Assembly: GCA_903813345.2 (NCBI GenBank)
Contig: CAIIXF020000001.1
Coordinates: 29,574,001 to 29,638,000 of the forward strand
Origin: Owenia fusiformis
Taxonomy: Eukaryota
DNA: 64,000 nt
Direction of reading: 5' to 3'
Shown here in pieces: positions 39,477 to 52,600 of the stretch. A model generated the notes under the pieces. That model searched no databases. It saw nothing but the letters and a program-made list of their open reading frames with translations, and was not told where the DNA came from. The position numbers and the translations under genes were made by a program. Each line of letters opens with the position of its first letter. Within the stretch, counting starts at the first letter, position 1.

Positions 39477-41930
39477 TAGAGGAGGTACTGCACTAAGCAA
39501 CAACTAAAAAACTGCAAGTAATAAAAGATCTTGGAAAACTGAAAATCTGATTTGTACATAACAATAGCACAATATTCTCTAGGAGTCATTCAAATACAGA
39601 AAAACGTATATATAGTGAACACCTATGGAGTTATGAAAAGTGTTCACTGTAAGTAGGTGTTCACTACAGAGGGGATTTTACACAGAAATCAAAATAAAAT
39701 GTGTCTTGAAGTGGTGCTTACTTAACACAGGTGTTCACTAGAGAGGGGTATTCACCAAGACAGGTTTTACTGTACTAATTCATTGACATTTGGCTACATG
39801 TCTGAGATTTCATCCCAGTGGAAAAAGAGGATAAATAATTCAGTGCAGTGTTGTAGTGTGATTGATAGAGATGATCTGTAATGCTGTCAGCTTCCTTGTT
39901 ATTACCATTCCTGTTAATACTAAAGCAAAAATTTGAGAATTTGGAATGTTTTCGAGAATTTCAATAAAATGACCTTTGTTCTTTGACATTTCTTTGCCAA
40001 AATCAGTCAAATAGGATTTCCAGGTTGGTTGATTATCTTTCATTAAATTATCATTGAGGTTGTAAAATCTAGATAAGTCTTAAAAAAATTCCTAAAAAAT
40101 TAAACTTCTCAGAATGTCAATGTACCTTGATTTATAGGCCATATTTCTAGGTAATTACTATGGCACATATCTAAACATCTGATAACTAAGTCACCTTTGA
40201 CATAACCCTGTTGAGGTAAACCACAGATGGCTAGAACCTTCTCAGCCTCTCTTGGTCTGCCATATTTGCAGATCAATCAAAGTAGACCAGAGTTTTTTGG
40301 GAAGGGTTTTACATTTCACTATGTTAAGGCATTAGAAAATTCAACATCTCAAAGTAAACTATAATTGAATTGTGCTTTATTGAATAGCTAGAGTGTAGAA
40401 ATATATTTATTATCTTCCTGATTCAGTTTCTGTTTGGCATGTTTGTGTTTTTTTGCAAAAAACTGAAATCTCACATATGTATCAGTGAACTTAAACCAGG
40501 AAGATTTGCATTTCTATTTGTTGAGGAATGTTTTAAAATCCTTGATTCAAGAATCACAAACAATCGATACTGCATTTAAATCTGGCTACCTGGTGAGAAG
40601 TTGCTGCTTTTTGTGAGGAAAGCAATTGATATTTATGAATGATTGAGTTAGATTTTTGTTCAGTTTCTTTTTATTCAACATTTAATACGGTTCAGCAATA
40701 CTGTAATATAAATTACATGCATATGGAGCCTGTGTCTCATGATTCGGGCAGCTAGAGCAGTATACACTTCTGGTAAGTGAATATAGATAAATAATTGAAT
40801 TGCTTGATTAGATTTGCATAATAGTGAGATAATACCAGGATCAGTTGAAGGAATTATAGCTAGCATTGTGATAAGCTTTCAGAACATAATATAGTTCTTA
40901 CATCAGTGTTAATTGAAACAGTAATTTGGTTCATTTTCATTTGATTTCATTTATAATCATGTTCATTCAGAAACTGTGGTTATTTTCTCTGAGTACTGTG
41001 TTTATGCTGGTAATTGTGTGAGTTGAGAATTCTGGCACTATAAGTTGATTTTGACATGCTTGGTAAACAATAAGTGTTAAGAGTGAAAAAGTTATACAGA
41101 GGCTTGCTGTTATACTAAAAGATCATCTGGTTAGTGTCCAGTTAAAGTAAAAAATTAGTAGAAAGAAGAGGCTGAATCCAGGTATTATTTCCCAGTATCA
41201 ATGTACAGTACTGTAGTATCATTTTGATTCGCCAGATTAGCTCTTTATATAACGCTTGCTGCACAGTAAATACTTTTTTTCAAGGGGAAGTAGGAGATAC
41301 CACAATGGGTAATGTTGTCAGTTTGTACCACTGTCTGAATTATGAAGAAGCCGAAATTATAAATTGAAAGTGATCATAAATAACAACAAAATTTCAGATG
41401 GGTGTGCCATTCTTAAAAATAGAGGGAGAAAAATCTTAGTAAACATTGCTCAAATTTAAGTCAGTTGTAAATCAAGGCCATATTATGTCAGGGGCGTACC
41501 CAGGAATTGTCAAGGGGTTGTGATTTTTTGGGTTAGCATCACTAAGCGAAGCAAGCCCAAAAACGTGGTACGGGCGTTCACCTCCAGAATTTTTTTTAAA
41601 TTTACAGTGAATATGGTGCATTTTAAGCATTCCAAACTATGATTTGTTAATGTTTTTCAACAATGTTTACAAAAGTGCTTTTTCCTTTTTATGTTGGGGT
41701 GGGAGGGGTGCACCTAGAATCAGTTATATTTTATTATCATGTGCAGGATTAGAACCACAGATTCAGAATGAAACACAGACAGGACACATAGAAAAGTATA
41801 TGTTTTCATGAATTGTTGCTACAGTTTTTGAACACTGTTGACATTGTTAACAGCCATAGCCAGGGAAAAGGTAGTAAGCCCAATGTAGAATTTCTAGATT
41901 GAATACTTCTTTTCCCCTAGCCTATTATAT

Positions 41931-43596
41931 TACGGGGGATAAGCAAAACGAGGGCGAAGCCACGGACTGCGACTCGCGTAATTCAAAACGAGGTTACAAC
42001 GCATTATAGCTGAACAATGGCGGTAAGTCCAAACTTAATTTGGAAGGCATGTTAGGATTTGGGGTGGATTATTGGTTTGGATATTCTACAGAATAGCTAG
42101 TATGTTCCAGTCGGTGATCAACATATTCATACTCCATCTGCAATGGCATTCTTGGTGCTCGGCTGTCCAATAGTTTAGCATGAACACAAATGAATTCGAA
42201 ATCTGCCACAAAAAATGTAATTTTGTCAATATTTGTCCCTAATATACCGATTTAAACAAAGGAATCAGAAATGACATCGAATTAATATAATTATTCATGT
42301 TCTGTTGTTACAATTACACCTTCGTGTGATATTTGGTAAGCGAGAAACGTACAATTACATAGAAAATTGGAATTTATAATAGTCGCAGTCCATCCATCTG
42401 CCCAACGCAGTCCGCGACTCAGTGTTGCTTTATATCTGAAGCTGAACGCAATCACAGCCAAAGGTAGATAGCACAATGTGTGTACAGGTGTGGCCGAAAT
42501 GGAGCAACTTTGGACAAAATTGAATATAAAGGGCTATTTTAATAGACCTACATCGTGTCTCAATCCATTCTGCAAATATATACAAGCTGTCAAATACAGC
42601 TGAAATCATGAATTTATGGTAGCTAGCAATATTGATGAACTGTTGGAAAGATCATCCAAAATTACATTAACTAACCAACTCTCCAATTATTTGATATTTT
42701 CCTGATATCTTAAATACTAGTTAATGTACCCTTCCCCAACAGCTTTTATTGCATCATCAAAAAGTTAATTGTTTCGCATTTCTACTTCTTATAAAAAGTT
42801 TCACCACTATCCAATTATCCACTATTATTATCCCTATCCACAAATTGGTTTGTAATAAACATATTACGTTGTCATCTTGCGCTCGACTGTTCTGCCAAAT
42901 ACGCTATTGAATTGCCATATTTCTAGGTCTTAAACGATACAATATAGCAATTTGGGACATTGATTCAGGTAATAGATATATGTTAATCAACGTAACTTTG
43001 AATGATAATCTGGATGCTGACTTTCTTTTCCTGAAACAATAATAGCGTAGGAATATAGTTTACACTATCTTATTTATTTCGTGTTCGCGGCTGGACTGCG
43101 TTACTTAGAATATCAATGGAGGCTGTGTTGCGTTGTTGAAATAGCTTTGTTTACTGGACTGCGTCCACTATGAATGCGCAGTTTGAATCTAATTTTCTCC
43201 TCATGAACACATTCTATTATCAAATCATTTTCACGAATTATACTCGGAGCCTCAACTAACCTTTAGATATCAGAAACGTGTTAAAACTCCTTTCAAATGT
43301 ATAGTAAATTAAATAATATGCACATATTTTACAGGTAAAATCAGAACTTTGCTACTGTTTTAGCTTGATCTGGACAACTGCTTATTTTCTTATCTACAGA
43401 CCAACAGTAGATACAGAGTAATATCTTGGTCACCGATTAGACACTACGATAGCATTTAAAATACATGGATTTCTCTATTTTGTCGGAAGAAGCAGAAGGC
43501 ACTGCCGGATGTCCCTCCATTTTGGCGCTGGGCTGCGGTGTAAAGTTACGCGAGTCGCAGTCCGTGGCTTCGCCATCGTTTTGCTTATCCCCCGTG
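41931..43596. mobile_element. Second Transib-like non-autonomous element (5-bp TSD TATAT, ~50-bp TIR)
   Basis: TATAT|TACGGGGGATAAGCAAAACGAGGGCGAAGCCACGGACTGCGACTCGCGTAA ... TTACGCGAGTCGCAGTCCGTGGCTTCGCCATCGTTTTGCTTATCCCCCGTG|TATAT. The first base is T where the right end predicts C. Confidence 0.8.
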
Positions 43597-45510
43597 TATA
43601 TGTTAACATCAATATCACAATGTCACAGTATTAGTTTCAAACTCACAATATCAAAGTATTAATTTCAAACTCTTTAAAACTCTAAAGTCATTCAAAACAC
43701 TGTTGACCCAAATGAGGAAGTAGCTACATATAAAAAGTCTAGCATGAACCACATTTATTATAGAACATCTTGACTAATACAAAAGCTGAGTTATTAAAAA
43801 ACCACATATGTACTCTGTGCTTGTTAAGTTTGAATGAAAAAAAAATAATGAAATTCTTGAGCTAAAGATAGATAATGGCTAATTTATTAGTGGCCCAGTT
43901 TCTGTGTCATCACTTGAGTGTTGTTTGAGTTCACTATTTCCATGGTAACCAAGGATGCTGATTTTATGATGACAAGGAGCTGATAAGTTAGCCATTATAC
44001 AGCTATCAATTTGTTTTTATGTTTTCAAGTCACATGCTGATTCAGTGAAACTTTCTAGAGATCTAGAAAGTCCATGGTGCAACCTTTTGATATATGGAAT
44101 CTAACAACAGTCATAAATTTTATCAGAACAAACTATTTAATATTTTTTAAAATGTGTCAACTAGTATGGTGGTATTAAGGGTCATTGAAGGATTGAAAAG
44201 ATTTGCTGATCAAGTCTATGAAAAAATTGAATCTTGCACCACACATTTGTTTTGTCTCCTGGAAAATAGTATTTGGAACATAAGGGGCTTAGTACAATGA
44301 GGTGTTTCCCTGTAAAATCAAGATCCACATTTCCTGAAAAGTCATTGAAATTCTCTAATTGTGGTCATGCATTGAATTATAGAAAATAAACCAGGTATAT
44401 TATATATATATCTTTTATTGACTCTTTTAGATGTCATGTCATGACATATTAGTCACTAAGGTAGAGCAGTTCTTCCCATTGTCGAGTTGAAGAACTGGTA
44501 TCTTTATCCTGGCTAGAACCATAGACAATTCTAGCCAGCACCAGCCTTTTATCGAGTTAGCAGCACTCTAGTAATCGCCGGTATAGGTCAGCAGTCATAG
44601 GTCAATATTAAGTATATGTGTATCTTATCACTTGGGATATGATCAAGTTTTAGGGGAAATACAAATGAAATGAAACCAAAAAATGAAATAAATTAGTGAA
44701 TTAAAATAGGATGGTGCATTTACCATTAGATCATCGATTCATATCTGGTACATTGTCTGTTCTGTGTATGTGTATGGATCTGGCTATCTGCCTTTGATTG
44801 AAGTGATGAGCAGACTTATTATTGAGTTCAGAATATACTGAAGTGGGGATTGAGTAACAGCAGTCTTAGAGAAGAGACTGCAGAATTCAAGAGAGTCTAT
44901 AAGTTGAATACCTTCCATCTATGCTAATAATATACAATATCAGAAAAGCTTAAACATTGATATACTTGGTTTCCATATATATCGAGAGTCAAGATTGTGA
45001 GCAACCACAGTAGTGGCAAAGTAGAGGTGAGAGAAAGAGAGCCTACCTGAGACAGGATTGGAATGGATATATCTGAATTCAAAGAACTTAAAGTTTAGAG
45101 TGTGGAAACATTTAGTATTAGGATACAAATCATTTATCAGGAAAGTCTTTGACATAATATTGTGCCGAAGTTCATAAGATTAGAAAATCATAGAAATGGC
45201 TTGTGGTGTTGAGGTAAGAATGATATAATTTTAGACATGATATTACAAGTTTCCAAATTCTTTAAGATAATGGTCATAATTTATTTTCTAAACTGGATCA
45301 GTCACAAAAAATTGTGTAAATCCCAAACTCATAGAATTTAGATGGATAATCAACAATAACACCCCAGCAAATAGGAAATCTTCTTACAGGTAGTGCACAT
45401 AATGCAGATGGTTATTCTTGTCTAGAAATGAATCTGCAATTAAAAAGCCAGAAAATACTGTTTTATGATGTCATAAAATACACAGAATTCTGTAAATAAT
45501 GTGATGTCAC

Positions 45511-45706
45511 CATGGGCGTAGTGCCCGGTACGCTGGGTACGCACAGGCGTACCAGATGGTTGCAAATTCGCTCCAAATACAACCAAATTTCAAAATTTTC
45601 CTGGGGGAGAACCCTCAGACCCCCCTGAATGCTCGTTTTTTGATTCACTCAACTCTTGTTCCCGTGGTGGTGGCGTACTACTTAGAAAAATAGCGCTACG
45701 CCCATG
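45511..45706. mobile_element. hAT-type MITE with 8-bp TSD
   Basis: GATGTCAC|CATGGGCGTAG ... CTACGCCCATG|GATGTCAC. Related degenerate CAGGGGCGTA starts occur at ~22152 and ~41489. Confidence 0.85.
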
Positions 45707-48659
45707 GATGTCACCATTGTTTTCTTTCAAACACTTAGAGTCAAGGCGGCCTATATAGAAACAACTTTATGGACTTGAAAATGTCCCAACAAAATTTTCC
45801 AGAAAGTTTTTTTGTAAAATTAATCATATAATTCTTTCCATAAACAGAATGAAGTTTATGGAAGTGTTATGTAACATAATGATTAGGAATCCCAAAAGAA
45901 TCTACAGCATGATAAATGGTACTCTTCCGAGGGGTAGGACAGGATATGCAACTAACATAAGAATCTGACTCAATAATGAATGTGCATTCTCAGAATATAT
46001 GCCAATAATCCAGTTTGCTTCTCTGATATCACTGGTTATTTGAGTAGTGTATGAATGGGAAGAAGTATCCCATGAGTAACTTCTAAACAAAGTGTACCTG
46101 GATTTTCACTTTCTGGTAAATATCATGTGTAGTTTATCAATTGGGAGACTGAGGGAAAGATTGAATCAAGATTTAGGAAACATGTGTCTAACTAACCAAG
46201 TGGATTCCCAGATTGATAACTGAGTTTGGTTTACAAATTAGACCACCAGTTTCAATAAATAAACTTACAGAGCAGGAAATTCATTTATTCATCCATGGGA
46301 CATTCTGATATACCTATTCAAAAAGTCCTATTTGAGATGCTGATATATTTTTTTATTTGGTTTTGTGAAAAGGATAAGAATTAGAATTAGTTTTGGTATA
46401 TTTTTTTGTCTTTTGTAGTGGCAGTCGGCATTTGGCAGTTAGTCTTTGGTTGGCATTCAGGGGTTAGCATTCAATGTCTGTAATAAATGGCAGGTGGTGA
46501 CATTTTGCATGTTAATGTCTTGTTTTTCAAATTATCTTTGATTGAATTTTCTGCTTCTTGTGCCTTTGGTGTAAGTGTTACTTTTTTCACTAAGATTAAT
46601 AGTAAGTAAATCCTCCCAGTCTCTCTAGTGCTGAGAATTCAAACCAATGATCTGGAAGAGATGGCTGATTGAGTAATCTTGGTGATTCAATTTGCAAGTT
46701 CCAATTTTATTTGTAGTACTGAGATAAATTGGAAGTTTTATCTGTTATAAATTGTTCAAACCAGTGATTTAGAAAAAATTGAATTGAATTCATCCTTGTA
46801 GATAAAATCACCATTGCTCACAGAATTATAACCAAGAATCAAATTGGATGTTTGTCACTAGACTCTGAGCTGACACTGAGTATAAATGTGTGTATCTTAT
46901 GTCTAAATCAATTCAGACCTTGAAATGAAGTTATGCAATACTACATTGTAGAACAATGAGTAACAAGTGAGATGTAATTACAATTACAGAGAAAGTCTAG
47001 GAATTAATCAGTCTCTGGCATTCAAGTACCTGATCTTAAAATATCACGCAGGATTGGAATTATTCAACATTTTCCTCAGCTAAAGTATGTAGTATGCTTT
47101 CCTTGCATTTCTGTATACTTGATTGGTTTTCTTTTTTGACTTTTTTCCTTTCTTATTCTTCTCTATTTATTCTATTCTAAAATTGAAACTTACTTACATT
47201 TTACTTACTTGGTTGTTGTTAGATTATATAATGTTTGGCTCAATCAGGTATGATTCATGAAGCATTTAACAGATGAGTTAGATTCAGAAGAGATAGAGAA
47301 AGTTTGGAATCTTGACAGATGGGAGATATATAAGACCAAGTGTGTTTCTATGATTTTACTATGTATATTGTGATGTGAACTAGTATTTATACTGATGCAG
47401 AGTTTGCCGAATCTGTTATATTTCAAACATCCTTTCAAGATCTATGATTCACAAACAATTTTTGTGGTACTACTCTATCCTTCATTCAAATGACTTCATT
47501 TATTACTCAATTCAGGAAAGAATTGAAATACCCTTGGACCAAGGATGGTACCACTCAGTATTTCAGTATTCGTTTTATGGTTGCTAAATGCAGTAAAACA
47601 TGTACCTACACCTCTGTAAGTGGAATACCTCCATATGTGAGATTCGTAAGTCCCATGACCTACTGAACTTATGTTAAATGAACCTCTGTAAATAGAACAC
47701 CTCCCAAATGAAACACTTTTCAGAAGTACCAAGTTACCAAATATGTTCCACTTACACAGGTTCTACTTACACATACCTTTGTGCCGGTATGTTTGTATTT
47801 TTGTGAGGTTGTGTCAAATAGTGCTTTAGCATCTTACCTACAAAAACAAATAATTTACATGTATTGCCCTTTGTTTATATAGTGGTTTGGTACAGTATGT
47901 AGACCCAGTGGTTGGCATGCCATGCATGGTTACAGTCGATGCTGGAAAATAAGCGCTGGGAGAAAAAGTTGAATAACTATATTTTTGTAACATACAAATA
48001 GAACCTATAAATGTGAACATATGTATGTTTGAATGAAACTTTTCTCATTAGACATGTACAGCTATAGTGAAGCAGGGAAAATCAGCTGATATACAGATAT
48101 ATGTATGTGGCTGCTAAATTACCCTCAAAATGATATTCTAAAATCAAATATTTATCTAAGATGCAATTCTGCTGGATTGCTATTTCCTGATTGCTTTGTA
48201 AATCAAAACTTGGTTAGATTTTTACTCCACAGGAATGCATAATCAGGAAGGTGATGTTACACTGCTAGTGGTAGAAACAAATTCATTTATTGGAAAAATA
48301 AACTTTGATTAAGAGCTAACACCATCTGGCTGAAGTCTGATCCCATTGGGATGCTATTTCCAATTTGTTTGATGCTGGATCTTTTTTATGTTCCTTCGGA
48401 TAGATTTACTGCTCAGTTGAGCTTATTTTATGGAATTATCAGATATGAGATGGCCATGTGAGTATATCAGTCAACCCGGGACATTGTAAGGTCAAGTTTA
48501 TTACTGGCATCAAGGTTTTGTTTAGATTAAGTTTTATCATTTCTCTTTTGCTCTATTTATTAATCAATTTTGTTTTAACATGTTTTGACCATGTTTGAAA
48601 TGCAAAATTTTTATTGATATTTTATAGGATCAATTTTTTCATTATACCAGGAGCATAAC

Positions 48660-48788
48660 CACCCTTGGTAAGTGCAGCGATCAATAATGGATTGGCCGGG
48701 TTTAGCAGCCGCACCAGCGCGGTTTGACGCACCAATGCCACTGGTGAACCCAGCTGGTCCATTATTTTTGCTGCATATACTAAGGGTG
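48660..48788. repeat. Imperfect hairpin, probable transposon remnant
   Basis: CACCCTTGGTAAGTGCAGC...ATAATGGA pairs with TCCATTAT...GCTGCATATACTAAGGGTG. Confidence 0.6.
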
Positions 48789-49662
48789 ATAACAATTTTG
48801 TAACACTCGGGTACTGCTCAATTTCTCTATAAAATAAGTTTTACTCACAGATTCGTCAAATGATAAAACATGTGTTTATATAGTATTTTTCAATACCAGA
48901 TGTTACTTGACTAGTACCAGGTAAATGGTACTCCATCAGTCTGCTCAGTCTACACAGTATGAGTCTGGTTTCAGTGTCTACAATAGTATTTGTGTTTCAT
49001 TAATTCATTGAAAGATCATCTTGAAACCATTTATCATATGACCAAGGAGAACTTAAAGAGAGAAGAGAAAACTTGGGGAATTTGAAGTTGTGATGTCTCT
49101 GGATATCTTTCTCATCAGGAAATTAAAATAAGTGTTATGTTATCAATTCAATGGTTATTGTATTACATCAAATGCAGAATTTGAAATATACCTTTTATTG
49201 ACATATACTTTCATTACATGACCATATTACTTAGTCACATTCATATTTGACATGTTGATAATGATCTAACAGGAAGAATGCTCTCTTCCTCAAATTATGA
49301 AAAATATGACGCATCAATCTATTAATATTGTGCCATTACGTTGTATTGTAGTTTCCATATAGTTTATAGTGGTGTGAAAGTGTGAACAGTTTCAGAACAG
49401 TTTACATCAGTTATCATAGCACTATATAAGTGTATCATATTCTCGAGATCACTAAAAAACATTTCATTCTGTAACATGGGTGTAAGTGGATTTTTATTTT
49501 ACTTCAGTTTTAAAGTGCTATCTGGTTTATTCATATGGATATGACATTATACAGAAAGATATCATATTGGATATAATATACATTTATTAAAACAAATTAG
49601 ATAAGAAACATTTATTTATTTATTTATTTATTGTTATTTCTATTTTTCAGATCCAATGTGTG

Positions 49663-52600
49663 ATGGGGAACTTACTTAGGGTCCTCTCTAAAGACCCGCC
49701 ATCACCCAAGTTTGACATCTTTGTCGACTTTGAAAGTAAGTAAAAGATTCATTCTATCTGCATGTACTATTACAACATTATATTCTTGTTTCATTTATAC
49801 AAGCAGGTAAATCTCCACTTTTTGTTGAACTCATGTATTTTCCAATTTTCCAATTCTCTGTAAACATAAGGATTTCTGATGCACATAGATGTTTAAGGTA
49901 AAAGGGGCTCTAGTAATACATTTCTTGAATCTATTAAATAGATATTAATAAATATGTACAGTGATCTCCCCAGCATCAAAGCAAGTGGGTGCAGCACTCA
50001 CCTGAGATTTTAAAAACAGGCTTGCACCCACTTGAAAATGAGAAAAATCGTGTGAAATTGAGAATTTTGAACCCACTTAAGAAAAACTACTATGGAGAAC
50101 ACTGATGTATATTGAGACATTTATGGTTGATTTCTTTTTTATTTTCATTTAATTTTATCACAAGCTATATCAAAACTTTGTCTATCAATATTGAATTCAG
50201 TTCTTCCATGAGCTTAAATAAGATATAAAATATGTAGAGTATATTGAGATATTTGTGGTTAACCAAACAGTAGCCAGGAGCTAGACTCAATAACTCTCAA
50301 TTAACACTTCTTAGAGATAATTAACAGATCATTGTACTCAAGACATAGTGAAAGTATGTTGGCTGATGGGTTTCAATATCATTCTCGATTGTTTAGAAGT
50401 CAAGCTAATTCTGAATTTTGTTCAATTGTTTTGTGGGTTTTGCTTTTTGCAATACGCATTTTGATGGAGTAAGCCCTGAGATACCAACACAATCCTGTTA
50501 TAGTTAATGGTTTTTAGGACTTTGTTTTATGTTGGCAGATTGCCAGAATTCCAAGAATTGATACCAATGCCAATACAATGTAATTCATGGTTTGTAGGGC
50601 TTTATTGTTAACCAATATCAGAAGAACTTCAAGTATGGATGAGTCCACCTGAGATACAGTCCTATTCATATGGTTTAAAGGAATTTGATTTTTGTTAACA
50701 GATTGTCAACCAACACAAGAAGAACTTCAAGTATGGACACGGGTAGAATCAGTCCTGCGATATGCTAACACAATCCTCTTTGAGCTACAGAGCTACCCAG
50801 GGGCTGGTAATGAAATAAGAGAGGTATGTTATAAGTCAATACCATTAGGGGGACTCCATCAAACTTGGACGTGTGGGAAATAGCCCTTTGATGAAGTAGC
50901 CCCATGTTCATGTATGTTGAAGTTCTATGAAATACCCCTATGCCTCCAATTTGGAGGTAAGGGTTTTAATTGCGAGCCATTGTCTTAATTCTAGTACTGT
51001 ATCTTTACAGTTTTTGTTAATATATCTTTCAAACTATTTCTAAAAATCCGTTTGTTATGTAACAGGTTGATCTCAAGATGGAAAACATCTGATCACACTT
51101 TGCTACAAAAGCAATTTCAGATAAGGTTTCTGAGTCATTAGATTGCATCAATTGGGATTTACTGGCTCTGTGGGAACATGGCAGTTATAATAGAATATAT
51201 CGTAGGCAGCCTATATTGAGATAAGTGAAGCGAACTTGCGTGAAATATTTCGATGAATCAGGAAATGAATCAAGTGTGGGCATCAATACTTGAGGAAAGA
51301 TACGCGAGAATCCGCAATCTAATTTCGTTGACATTTTTCTTGATATGAAAGCGCAACGAGATGAAATGACGCTATCTTTGCTATCATTCATTGTACTGGA
51401 CTTATTTTCTTATAAAATGCTTTAAATTAGGATTAATGTTTCCCTTTTACAAATAGGAAATCTAACTTCAAAGTCTTGTATAATTTGGTTTCCAAGTAAT
51501 TTAGAGCATTTAGAATCACATCCATCACCTCGCAGATCCTAGCTAGATTCTCAGTTTCATATGTTTAGATAAATCAAAATATGAAAATCCTCCATGTATT
51601 TATGATATCAATCTAAGTGAACCCCTACATCAAGTGAACACCTTTCTATAATATTCAACATAGGGAGGGATACCTATGATTCCACTCAGGGCAAGTCCAT
51701 ATCCTTGACATATCCTTGTGTCACCCGCTTCATTGTTTATTATTGTATGTATTTTATGAAATAGATAAATAAATTAAAATTGAAAATAGTCCCCTCCATC
51801 CTCAGAAGGAAGATCTCCAGATATCACGTATTCCTTCCTTGTAATCTACAAACTCAATTATTCTGAGGAAAGGGTCCTTCATGTATGCTTTGTACTTTCA
51901 TAAATGATTGCCAATAAACAGATAAAATGTGTTGTTTAAAAGATACAGATTTTTACTCTCCTGAATTTGAGGTTAATTTCAATGAATCCCATTGGTCTAG
52001 ACATGGGCTTTCTATTCTAGTTGAAAGCCCATGGTCTAGAGAAAGTTAATTTACTTGTTCCATCAAGTCTGGTCTGGTCAATCAAAAATAAATAATACAT
52101 TTAACCTTAATAATCGACAAACTACAGATGGCGCTGAAATAGCTGAAAACTTTAATAATTTCTTTAGCTCTATTGGCAATAAACTTGCAAATAAGATTCA
52201 AAGCAATGCTGATCCAATGGTAAATTTAAGAAAAATTAATTCAAATGATAAATCACTCTTTTTATCTCCTGTAACAGAAACTGATGTTAAGAATCAACTT
52301 AAATCTTTGAAACCTTCTGCTGCTTCAATAGACGATATTAAGCCCTCAGTTGTCAAATTACTAAAAGAATCTTTATCAGCCCCACTTACACAGATTTTTA
52401 ACCTGTCAATCTCTACTGGAACATTTCCTGATGCATTGAAAATTGCTAGAGTCATTCCTATATTTAAAAAAGGTTTAAAAGAAATTTTTAATAACTACAG
52501 ACCCATTTCTATCTTAAGTGTATTTTCTAAAATGTTGGAAAAAATTGTTCATGATAAGGTTACCGTATTTCTTGAAAAATATGAAATTTTATACTTACAC

